A stretch of DNA of 32,000 bases from Phycisphaera mikurensis NBRC 102666 (GTDB lineage: Bacteria > Planctomycetota > Phycisphaerae > Phycisphaerales > Phycisphaeraceae). Below are positions 18,015 to 25,726 of the stretch, one piece after another. The notes beneath the pieces are model-generated. The model ran no database searches. It was not told where the DNA came from and saw nothing but the letters and a program-made list of their open reading frames with translations. Within the stretch, counting starts at the first letter, position 1. Every line of letters starts with the position of its first letter. Location: NCBI RefSeq assembly GCF_000284115.1, contig NC_017080.1, positions 2,700,001-2,732,000 on the forward strand. Direction: 5' to 3'. The position numbers and the translations under genes were made by a program.

Positions 18015-18135
18015 GGAGGGCAGGCTAGGTCGCGCCCGGAAGCGCCCGCCGCCACGGCGGTTGCGGGGCGCTGGCCGACGCGCGGCCGGCTCCCGGAGCG
18101 GCAGGCCCGGGCCCCGGCCCCGTCGTCGGGCCGGG

Positions 18136-19248
18136 TCAATCCCGCAGCACGACGACGTCCGCCGGATCGACCCAGCCCGTCAGCGGTGCCGCCTCCGCGT
18201 CGACGACGAACCGGGGGTTCATCTCCAACGCGGTGAGCGTGAGCCCCCCGCCGCCCCCGTCGTCGCCGCCGGCCGTGGCCCGCACCGTGTGCTGCGCGAC
18301 CTCGCCGAGGTAGACGCCGCCGGCTCGCTTCAGGCGGAGGCGGTTCTCGCCGGGCAGACGCTTCTCCGCGTCCGAGCCCGGCTCGGCCAGGACGACGGCT
18401 TCGGGACGGATCGAGCACGTGACCGAGCCGGATGCCGGCAGCCGCTCGGGGAAGACCGCCGAGGCCAGCCGCCCCGCCGCCGTCTGCAGCAGCACGCGGC
18501 CGCCGTCGCGTCCGACCACCTCCGCCGCCACGAGGTTCGTCTCCCCGAGGAAGCCCGCGACGAAGCGGTTCTTCGGCCGCTCGTAGAGCTCACGCGGCGG
18601 GCCGACCTGCTCCAGCTTGCCGCCGTTGAGCACGGCGACGCGGTCGGCCATCGACAGCGCCTCCTTCTGGTCGTGGGTCACGTACACGCCCGTGGTGCCG
18701 GCGGCCTTGGTGATGTCGCGGATGCCCTGCCGCATCTCCAGCCGCAGCTTCGCGTCGAGGTTCGAAAGCGGCTCGTCGAGCAGCAGGACGCGCGGCTCGA
18801 TCACCAGCGCCCGGGCCAGCGCCACCCGCTGCTGCTGCCCGCCGGAGAGCTGGTTCGTTTTGCGGTCCGCCTGGTGCCCCAGCTGCACACGCTCCAGCGC
18901 CGCGTCCACGCGCTTCCGCGTCTCCGCCTTCGAGACCTTGCGGACCTCCAGCCCGAAGGCCACGTTCTGCCGCACCGTCATGTGCGGCCAGAGGGCGTAG
19001 CCCTGGAAGACCATCCCGGTGTCGCGCTTCTGCGGCGCGACGTGGGTGACGTCGTCGCCGCCGAAGAGGATGCGGCCGGCGGTGGGCTCCTGGAAGCCGG
19101 CGATCATCCGCAGCAGCGTCGTCTTCCCGCAGCCCGACGGCCCGAGCAGGAAGAAGAGGTCGCCCGCGGGGATGTCGATCGAGACATCGTCCACCGCGAC
19201 CGTCTCGCCGAACTGCTTGCGGAGGGTGTCCAGTCGGATCGGCGTCAT
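18136..19248 (-). CDS. ABC transporter ATP-binding protein (PotA/FbpC/MalK-type importer ATPase with C-terminal TOBE-like region)
   Basis: 370 aa, ATG start. Walker A LLGPSGCGKTTLLRMIAG, Q-loop MVFQGYALWPHMTV, signature LSGGQQQRVALARAL, Walker B LLLDEPLSNLD. No permease or binding-protein gene is adjacent. Confidence 0.85.
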   Translation of the reverse strand: MTPIRLDTLRKQFGETVAVDDVSIDIPAGDLFFLLGPSGCGKTTLLRMIAGFQEPTAGRILFGGDDVTHVAPQKRDTGMVFQGYALWPHMTVRQNVAFGLEVRKVSKAETRKRVDAALERVQLGHQADRKTNQLSGGQQQRVALARALVIEPRVLLLDEPLSNLDAKLRLEMRQGIRDITKAAGTTGVYVTHDQKEALSMADRVAVLNGGKLEQVGPPRELYERPKNRFVAGFLGETNLVAAEVVGRDGGRVLLQTAAGRLASAVFPERLPASGSVTCSIRPEAVVLAEPGSDAEKRLPGENRLRLKRAGGVYLGEVAQHTVRATAGGDDGGGGGLTLTALEMNPRFVVDAEAAPLTGWVDPADVVVLRD

Positions 19249-19406
19249 GACGAGAACCTTAAAGGACCACGCGCGAGCGCAGCGCTTGTGGGCGACGGGC
19301 CGCGCGCACCGCCGCCCGAGCCGCAGCCACCGGCTCGGCTCCGGCCGCCTCCGGGTGGCTCCCCCGCGTCGTGATCGGGGGGCCGAGGCGGGAGCGGCGC
19401 GGGCGG

Positions 19407-20636
19407 TCAGTGGATGAACTTCTTGCTCTTCTTCCCGGTCAGGTAGCTCTCCACCACCGTCGAGGCGAGGTCCTCGCTGGTGCAGTAAAAGGCCGTCCCG
19501 CGCGTGAGCCTGGTCAGCTTCTCGATGAAGCCGACCCAGTCCATGCCCCAGTAGTCCTCCATCAACGCGAAGCTCGCGATGCGGATGCCGCGCTGCTGGC
19601 AGCGGAGCGCCTCCCGCAGCGTCAGCTCCGAAGACTCGTCGCTCGGCGGGTAGACGAGGTAGAGCATGTCCTCGCGGGTCGCCGGATGGGTGGTGACGTG
19701 CGCCGTCGGCTGGCCGTCGGTCACGATGAAGATCTGCTTGTTGGCCGCCCCGCTCCGCGAGAGGATCTGCCGGGCCTGCCGAAGCCCCAGCTGCAGGTTC
19801 GTGAAGTGCAGCGGGATCTTCTCCTGGTTCGCGTACGCCTGCTCCAGCGGGATCCGCAGGCGGACCTGGCTGTCGCGGATGCTCACCGGCTTGGGCATGA
19901 CCAGCGGCAGGTCCCGCTCGTGCAGCGTCTCCGCCAGCGAGGAGAAGCCGACGAACTGGAGGGTGTCCAGCGGGAAGCGGCCGCGGATCAGCTCGCTCAT
20001 GCCCAGCGCGACCCGCTTCGCCTGCAGGAAGCGGCCGTAGCGCATCATCGAGCCCGAGAGGTCGATCAGCATGACCGTGGCGCAGTCCGCCGAGCCCTCG
20101 GTGTTGTGGAGCTGGAAGTCCTCGGGCGTGATGCCGATCGGCAGGCGGAGCCCGCGGGGAACCTCCACCCCCGCCTCCCGGGCCTCCTCCACCGCACGGT
20201 GCACCTGCCGCCGGGCGGCGTTCTGCAGCGAGCCGGGCAGGTCCAGCTCGCCGATCGGATCGCCGAACCGGTACGGCCGGGTCCCGTCGCTGCGCTCGCT
20301 GGTGCGGCCCGGCTCGCGGGTGCTGTGGCCTTCCTTGGCGCCCTGCTTCATCTCGGCGAACACCTCGAGCAGCGCCCGGTGCTGGAGCCCCCGGAGCAGC
20401 CGCGGCGACATCTTCAGGCGCCGGTTGCCGTCTTCATCGGTGCTCTCCTCCAGCAGGCCGGCGTCGATGAGCTGCTGGATGAACGCCTGCTCCTCCTCGT
20501 CCTCGAGGTTCGCCATCGCGTCCATCGCCTGCTCGCCGTACTGCAGGATGAAGTTCATGAGGTTCGGCGGGGCGAACAGCTCGTCGGGGGAGAGGAAGCC
20601 CTGATCGCCAGAAAACTCGGAGTAATCGAACCTCAT
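19407..20636 (-). CDS. von Willebrand factor A domain protein (CoxE-like VWA)
   Basis: MIDAS motif VMLIDLSGSMM, later IFIVTDGQPTAH. The N-terminus MRFDYSEFSGDQ resembles the M-x-Y-S-x-W-D-G-x-Q starts of CoxE-type VWA proteins. I prefer the ATG at the complement of 20634-20636 over the track's GTG at 20666. Confidence 0.7.
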   Translation of the reverse strand: MRFDYSEFSGDQGFLSPDELFAPPNLMNFILQYGEQAMDAMANLEDEEEQAFIQQLIDAGLLEESTDEDGNRRLKMSPRLLRGLQHRALLEVFAEMKQGAKEGHSTREPGRTSERSDGTRPYRFGDPIGELDLPGSLQNAARRQVHRAVEEAREAGVEVPRGLRLPIGITPEDFQLHNTEGSADCATVMLIDLSGSMMRYGRFLQAKRVALGMSELIRGRFPLDTLQFVGFSSLAETLHERDLPLVMPKPVSIRDSQVRLRIPLEQAYANQEKIPLHFTNLQLGLRQARQILSRSGAANKQIFIVTDGQPTAHVTTHPATREDMLYLVYPPSDESSELTLREALRCQQRGIRIASFALMEDYWGMDWVGFIEKLTRLTRGTAFYCTSEDLASTVVESYLTGKKSKKFIH

Positions 20637-20871
20637 GAGCGACGTTAGCGCCGCGGTGAGGCGCACCGGGAGGGGCTCCGCACCCAGCGAAGGGCCTGCG
20701 ACGCGACGCCGCCGCGTGCGGCGGCGGGCCCGCCCGTGCCGCGGACCGCGGGCCCATCGGCGTGATCGCGCGGACGGTCCGCGGCGAACCCGGGGAGGCT
20801 CGGCGGGGTTGGTCGATCGGCTTCAGGCGTTTAGGCTCGGTCAGATTCCCCACTCGTACGCCGGCTCCTCC

Positions 20872-21753
20872 ATGCACCACCGCCCGCTCGCCCGCCGGAC
20901 GGCCCTCGGATTCACGCTCGTGGAGCTGCTGGTCGTCATCGCCGTGATCGCCCTGCTCGTCGGGATCCTCCTGCCGGTGCTCGGCGCCGCCCGGACGGCG
21001 GCGAAGACGGCGGCCTGCATGGCCAACATGCGGTCGCTCGGGCAGGCGACCGTCGCCTACACGCAGGACCACGCGCTGACGTACCCGCAGCCGTTCCAGG
21101 AGGGCCAGCTCGGCGCCGCCGGCGGTCTTTCCGCGGACCGGGTCAGGGGCCGGGCCCTCTGGTACAACGCGCTGGACCGCTACCTCGGGCAGGTCGTGAA
21201 GGATTATTCCTCGGCCGATCCGGCCGCCCGGAACCACGACGCGTACAAGCAGGACCCGGTCTGGTTCGAGCTGCCGGCGGCGGTGAAGTCCGGAGCGACC
21301 ACGGTGCTCCTGCAGCCCGAGGAGGTCCGCACGATCAAGATGAACCAGTACTTCGGCGAGATCGGTGGCTCCGCCACCGCGGCGGGGGCGGTGAACTTCG
21401 TGCGGATGACGCGGGTGCCCGAGCCCGCGCGGACCGTGCTCTACGGCGACGGGCGGGCCCACGACACCCCCTCCACCACCTCCGGGAACGTCGACACCGG
21501 CGGATCCGGCCGCTTCGACTTCAACCCCGCGACGATCGGCCTCCGCCACGGCGGAGGCGCCAACCTGGCCTTCGCCGACGGCGGCGCGGCGTACCAGGAG
21601 AACCCGGTCCGCGTCACCGCCACGGGCTACCGCGGCTGGTTCGACCCTTACGCCAGCGGCGTCACCCCCGGGCAGTACCCCGACGCGATCTTCCGGTTCG
21701 AGCCCGATCGCACCGGCCAGGACCGCATCCGCGCCCGCGGCGGCAACCGCTGA
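20872..21753 (+). CDS. Prepilin-type N-terminal cleavage/methylation domain protein, DUF1559 (H-X9-DG) family
   Basis: Start taken at the in-frame ATG 20872 (MHHRPLARRTALG|FTLVELLVVIAVIALLVGILLP), a class III signal with the G|FTLVE cleavage site. The C-terminal RHGGGANLAFADGG fits H-X9-DG exactly. The upstream 79 codons of the track ORF are Arg-rich and probably not coding. Confidence 0.85.
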   Translation: MHHRPLARRTALGFTLVELLVVIAVIALLVGILLPVLGAARTAAKTAACMANMRSLGQATVAYTQDHALTYPQPFQEGQLGAAGGLSADRVRGRALWYNALDRYLGQVVKDYSSADPAARNHDAYKQDPVWFELPAAVKSGATTVLLQPEEVRTIKMNQYFGEIGGSATAAGAVNFVRMTRVPEPARTVLYGDGRAHDTPSTTSGNVDTGGSGRFDFNPATIGLRHGGGANLAFADGGAAYQENPVRVTATGYRGWFDPYASGVTPGQYPDAIFRFEPDRTGQDRIRARGGNR

Positions 21754-21762
21754 TCCGGGGGC

Positions 21763-22983
21763 TCAACGCCCCGCCGCTTCGACCGCGTCGCAGAACGCGG
21801 CGCACATCCGCTCGCGGGTGAAGCGCTCCGCCTCGCGAGCGGCGGCGGCCGACTTCTCCGCGAGCTCGGCGCGGCCCGCGGGCGTCAGGAGCCGGCGGAA
21901 CAGCGCCTCGGCCGCGTCCGCGTCGTCGTGGGCCACCGTCCAGCCCGCCCCGGCATCTGCGATCTCGGCGACGTGGCTGTCGGCGGGGGCCATCGCCAGC
22001 AACGGGCGGTGGACCTTCAGCACGCCGTACACCTTGCAGGGGTGGACGATCCCGCTCATGGCGCCGCCCATCGCGACGAGGTGGACGTCGGCGGCGGACA
22101 GCGAGTAGCGGATCTTCTCCAGCGGCTGGTAGGGCAGCGTCACGACGCTGGCCAGCCCCCGTTCCGCGGCCCGGTCGCGGATCTTCTGCCAGCCTCCGCC
22201 GGCCCCGATGAAGACGAAGCGGAGGCCGTCGGCGTCCCGCACCCGCTCGGCCGCCTCGAGCACCGCGTCGATGGGATGGGCATCGGAGATGTTGCCCGAG
22301 TACATGACGACCGTCTTCCCGTCGAGCCCGTGCTCCGCCCGGAAGGGGTTCTCCGCGTGCGGCACCGGGTCGAGGTGGGCGTCCATCGGCCACGGCGGCT
22401 GCACGTGCAGGCGCTCCTGCAGCGCCGCGTCGGGCACCTTCGCGGCGAGCCGCTCCGCCATGAAACGGTCGAGCGTGCAGACGCGGGCGGCGTGCTTCAG
22501 CGTGGCGCGGATCATCGACTCGAAGAGCCACGCCGGGGTGGAGTCCGCGGCGCACTTGCCCATCGCGACCATCTGATCGGGGTTGATGTCCATCGCCCAG
22601 AACACGTACGGCGTGCGGCGGCACGCACGCAGCGCGAGCGCGGCCAGCGGGGCCATCGGCGGCGACGTCGACACCAGCGTCACGTCGAAGCGCCGGCCGC
22701 CGAGCACCCGCAGCGCCGCCTGCGCCGTGAACGAGCAGCCGCCGAGCAGCCGCACCGCCATCGAGCCCTTGCCGAAGGAAGAGAAGCCCAGCCGGCGCAC
22801 CCGCACCCCGTCCAGCGTCTCCCGCTTGGGGTAGGTCTGCGAAGAGTCTTCGTAGGACTTCGACGCCGCCACCGCGACGACGTCGTGCCCCCGCCTCGCC
22901 AGCTCCACCGCGGCGTCGTGCATGTACTGCCCGACGGCGGGCGCGTCGGGGACGTACGTCTGGGAGAGGATCAAGATTCGCAT
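21763..22983 (-). CDS. Glycosyltransferase family 4 (WcaI/WbuB-like)
   Basis: 406 aa, ATG start. MRILILSQTYVPDAPAVGQYMHDAAVELARRGHDVVAV is a typical GT4 N-terminus. The C-terminal GT-B half reads VMYSGNISDAHPIDAVLEAA...FVFIGAGGG...ADVHLVAM. Confidence 0.75.
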   Translation of the reverse strand: MRILILSQTYVPDAPAVGQYMHDAAVELARRGHDVVAVAASKSYEDSSQTYPKRETLDGVRVRRLGFSSFGKGSMAVRLLGGCSFTAQAALRVLGGRRFDVTLVSTSPPMAPLAALALRACRRTPYVFWAMDINPDQMVAMGKCAADSTPAWLFESMIRATLKHAARVCTLDRFMAERLAAKVPDAALQERLHVQPPWPMDAHLDPVPHAENPFRAEHGLDGKTVVMYSGNISDAHPIDAVLEAAERVRDADGLRFVFIGAGGGWQKIRDRAAERGLASVVTLPYQPLEKIRYSLSAADVHLVAMGGAMSGIVHPCKVYGVLKVHRPLLAMAPADSHVAEIADAGAGWTVAHDDADAAEALFRRLLTPAGRAELAEKSAAAAREAERFTRERMCAAFCDAVEAAGR

Positions 22984-23025
22984 GAGAACGTCGCACCGGC
23001 TCGATCGACCGTGGCCGCGTCAGGT

Positions 23026-23390
23026 GGTGAAGGGGGAGCGAGGACAAGCCAGCAAGCAACCCGATCCGCAAGAGCCGCGGGCACCCGCCGCGGAGGCATC
23101 CCCCTCACCTCCCCGCTGCTTCACTTCCTCGCTCCCCCACTTCTTCGCTTCCTCGCATCTTCGCTTCTTCAATCCTTCGCTTCTTCGCTTCCTCACTTCC
23201 TCGCTTCTTCACTTCTTCGCTTCTTCGCTTCTTCGCTTCCCCGCTTCTTCGCTTCCCCGCTTCCCCGCTTCCTCACTTCTTCGCTTCCTCACTTCCTCGC
23301 TTCTTCACTTCTTCGCTTCTTCGCTTCCCCGCTTCCCCGCTTCCTCACTTCTTCGCTTCCTCACTTCTTCGCTTCCCCGCTTCCCCACTC
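23026..23390. repeat. Octamer-phased palindromic element, copy C: short purine arm, about 81-nt core, and a hyper-expanded 34-unit pyrimidine arm
   Basis: 23119-23390 parses into 34 consecutive 8-nt units (consensus CYYCRCTT; dominant variant CTTCGCTT) without a single indel. The block starting at 23191 recurs at 23287, a 96-nt (12-unit) offset. The short arm GGGGGAGCGAGGA (23032-23044) is perfectly complementary to 23126-23138. Confidence 0.95.
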
Positions 23391-24415
23391 CCCCTCCGCT
23401 CCCCCGCCAGCCGCGCCAGCACCACCACCTCCCGCTTCACATCCGCCAGCGGCTTCGCCGGCATGCCGCCCCAGCGTTCCCCGGCGGGCACGTCTTTCAT
23501 CACCTTCGAGCCCGCGGCGATCTTGGCGTGATCGCCGACGCGGAGGTGATTGGCCACGCCCGCCTGGCCGCCGATGGAAACGTAGTCGCCGGTGGTGACG
23601 CTGCCGGCGAGGCCGACGTCGGCGACCAGCAGGTTGTGCTTGCCGATCTTGCAGCCGTGACCGATGACCACGTTGTTGCTGGCCTTGGTGCCCTCGCCGA
23701 TGACGGTGTCGCTGAGCTGCCCCCGGTCGACGCTGCAGTTGGCACCCAGCTCGACGTCGTCGCCGATGACGACGCTGCCGATGTGCGGGATCGCGTGGTG
23801 GCGCAGCGGGGCCCGGTGGCCCTCGTACTCCTCCTTGGGATCCCTGGCCGTCGCGTAGCCGAATCCGTCCTGCCCGATGGAGGTGCCCGCGTGCAGGACC
23901 ACGCGCTTGCCGATGCGGCAGCGGGCGTAGACGTGCACGCCGGGGTAGAGCACGCAGTCGTCGCCGATCACGCTCTCCTTGCCGACGTAGACGCCGGGGT
24001 AGAGGATCACCCGGGCACCGATCTTCGCCCGCGGCGCCACGTAGGCGTGCGGCCGGATCGTGCACAGCGGCCCGACCTCGGCGGTGTCGTGCAGGTAGGC
24101 CTCCTCGTCGATGCCCACGCCGGGCTGCGGCCGGAACCCGTGCATCTTCATCACCGCGTTGCGGAACGCGAAGGCGACGTCGTCCACCACGATCGCGCAG
24201 CGGTCCGGGTGGCGATCGGCGAGCGCAGCGTCGAGGATGACGCAGCCGGCTCGGGTCGTTGCGAGCCGATCGTGGTACCGCGGCGCCGCGACGAAGGAGA
24301 GCTGATCCGGCTCCGCCTCGTCGAGCGCGGCGCACCCGGTGAGCACGGTCTCGCCCGACCCGCGGACCTCACCGGCGAGGTGGTCCGCCAGCTCCGCAAC
24401 GGTGGTTTCAGCCAT
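23345..24415 (-). CDS. lpxD: UDP-3-O-(3-hydroxyacyl)glucosamine N-acyltransferase
   Basis: 356 aa, ATG start. It has an N-terminal LpxD domain (LSFVAAPRYHDRLATTRAGCVIL) and a long left-handed beta-helix of hexapeptide repeats containing SIGQDGFGY and VVIGDDVELGANCSVDRG. The last 16 or so codons ([16 protein letters not shown]) and the stop lie inside repeat copy C. Confidence 0.9.
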   Translation of the reverse strand: MAETTVAELADHLAGEVRGSGETVLTGCAALDEAEPDQLSFVAAPRYHDRLATTRAGCVILDAALADRHPDRCAIVVDDVAFAFRNAVMKMHGFRPQPGVGIDEEAYLHDTAEVGPLCTIRPHAYVAPRAKIGARVILYPGVYVGKESVIGDDCVLYPGVHVYARCRIGKRVVLHAGTSIGQDGFGYATARDPKEEYEGHRAPLRHHAIPHIGSVVIGDDVELGANCSVDRGQLSDTVIGEGTKASNNVVIGHGCKIGKHNLLVADVGLAGSVTTGDYVSIGGQAGVANHLRVGDHAKIAAGSKVMKDVPAGERWGGMPAKPLADVKREVVVLARLAGERRGSGEAGKRRSEEAKK

Positions 24416-24424
24416 CGGCGGAGC

Positions 24425-25477
24425 CTACCGGGCGGGCTGCGGATCGGCATCGGGGCAGGCCAGCCAGCGGTCCAGCGTTCGGGCCTGGCCCAGCGAGTCG
24501 GCGTGGCCCATCGCGCGGCCGGCGGCCTCGGTGCGGCCGGCGCGGATGGCGTCGCCGGCGGCGTCGATCTCGTGGGAGAGCAGCGCCCCGGCGTAGTCGA
24601 CGGTCACCGGCTCGGAATCCTTGCCGCGGCGGATCGCAAGGTGCGGGCCCTCCCGGCCGGGCTCGAAGTGCCAGGGCCAGCGGCCGCAGACGACCAGCGA
24701 GCCCTCGCCGCCGTGCACGCGGATCCACTGCGCGTGGGCGCGGAGCGTGCAGTAGACGCTCGCGGTCACGCCGTCGGCGAAGAGCAGCTCGGCGCCGGCC
24801 TCGACGTCCACGCCCGTGCCGCCGCGGCGGAGCCAGCCGCGGAGGCCCCCGGGGTCGCGGAAGCGTTCGCCCGCCGCGGCGCCCGCGATCGCTCGCGCCA
24901 TCGAGACCGCGTAGGTGCCCACGTCGAGGATCACCCCGCCGCCGAGGGCGGGCTCGAGCAGCCGGTGGCCGGGGTCGAGCGGGAGCATCGCCCCCCCGAA
25001 GGCGGTCTCGATGCGGAACACGCGGCCGACCGCCCCCGCCTCCACGCGGGCGAAGAGCTCATTGAACACCGGGTGCGGCCGGTCCTTGAACGCCTCCATG
25101 AAGAAGACGCCCGCTCCGCGGCAGGCCTCGATCATCGCGGCCGCCTCCTCCGCGGTCATCCCCGCGGGCTTCTCGACCATCACGTGCTTGCCCGCCGCGG
25201 CCGCCGCGAGCACGCTCTGGAGGTGGAAGGGGTGCGGGGTGGCGACGTAGACGCCTTCGACCGCGTCGGAGGCGATGAGGTCTTCGTAGGAGCCGAAGGA
25301 TGCCGCTGCGGGCGCGTGCTCGGCGGCGAAGGCCTCCGCTCTCTCTCGCGAGCGGCTGCCGACGGCGGCGACGACGCCGGTGCGGGAGTCGGCGGCGCCG
25401 GCGGCGAACTTCCGCGCGATGCCGCCGCAGCCGAGGATGCCCCAGCGGACGGGCTCGTCGATCGTGTCGTTGCTCAT
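24425..25477 (-). CDS. Gfo/Idh/MocA family NAD(P)-dependent oxidoreductase
   Basis: Start taken at the ATG (complement of 25475-25477): MSNDTIDEPVRWGILGCGGIARKFA, a Rossmann GxGxxG. The family motif HVMVEKP is present, followed by a C-terminal alpha/beta domain. The upstream 62 codons of the track ORF look non-coding. Its stop is 9 nt from the lpxD start. Confidence 0.8.
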   Translation of the reverse strand: MSNDTIDEPVRWGILGCGGIARKFAAGAADSRTGVVAAVGSRSRERAEAFAAEHAPAAASFGSYEDLIASDAVEGVYVATPHPFHLQSVLAAAAAGKHVMVEKPAGMTAEEAAAMIEACRGAGVFFMEAFKDRPHPVFNELFARVEAGAVGRVFRIETAFGGAMLPLDPGHRLLEPALGGGVILDVGTYAVSMARAIAGAAAGERFRDPGGLRGWLRRGGTGVDVEAGAELLFADGVTASVYCTLRAHAQWIRVHGGEGSLVVCGRWPWHFEPGREGPHLAIRRGKDSEPVTVDYAGALLSHEIDAAGDAIRAGRTEAAGRAMGHADSLGQARTLDRWLACPDADPQPAR

Positions 25478-25483
25478 GGCTGC

Positions 25484-25533
25484 ATCCGCGGACCGCGACC
25501 CGGATCGTGCGAGAACCCCCGCGGTCCGCGGAT
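25484..25533. promoter_or_regulatory. Perfect 14-bp inverted repeat (atccgcggaccgcg N22 cgcggtccgcggat) abutting the oxidoreductase start codon
   Basis: 25484-25497 is the exact reverse complement of 25520-25533. The proximal arm ends 6 nt from the ATG at 25477 on the minus strand. The repeat itself is certain; its function (operator, RNA stem masking the translation start, or processing site) is not. Confidence 0.4.
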
Positions 25534-25726
25534 CCCTGCCGCGTGTCGCAACGTCGGCTCGCGGAGTCGCTCCATCGCAGCGGTCACAGGCCGTGTGCTG
25601 ACGTGTGCCGCGGGTCGTGCACGGCCCGGCGATGACCCGGTCAATCGTAGAAGCGAGCGTCACCCGCGGACCGGGGTTCTTCGGTCGGAGGCGTCACGCG
25701 GCCGCGAAGAGCGAGCGCAGCGACGC

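Noticed and set aside
19316-19338. 8-bp stem ccgagccg-N7-cggctcgg between the VWA gene and the ABC ATPase gene, as a possible terminator
   Set aside because: It is a plausible hairpin but has no U-run, and similar GC-rich stems are frequent in this sequence. The evidence is not enough to call a feature.
23119-23390. Possible CRISPR array
   Set aside because: The units are 8 nt and contiguous, with no unique spacers. There are no cas genes in the window. The architecture is an inverted repeat, not direct repeats separated by spacers.
23100-23400. Apparent repeat protein [27 protein letters not shown]... in + strand ORFs, with similar LLHFFAS strings at 9680-9745 and 12190-12235
   Set aside because: This is an artefact of translating an 8-nt DNA repeat (24 nt equals 8 aa periodicity). 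The same pattern appears in all frames and on both strands, there is no plausible start or context, and the regions are intergenic between well-supported minus-strand genes.
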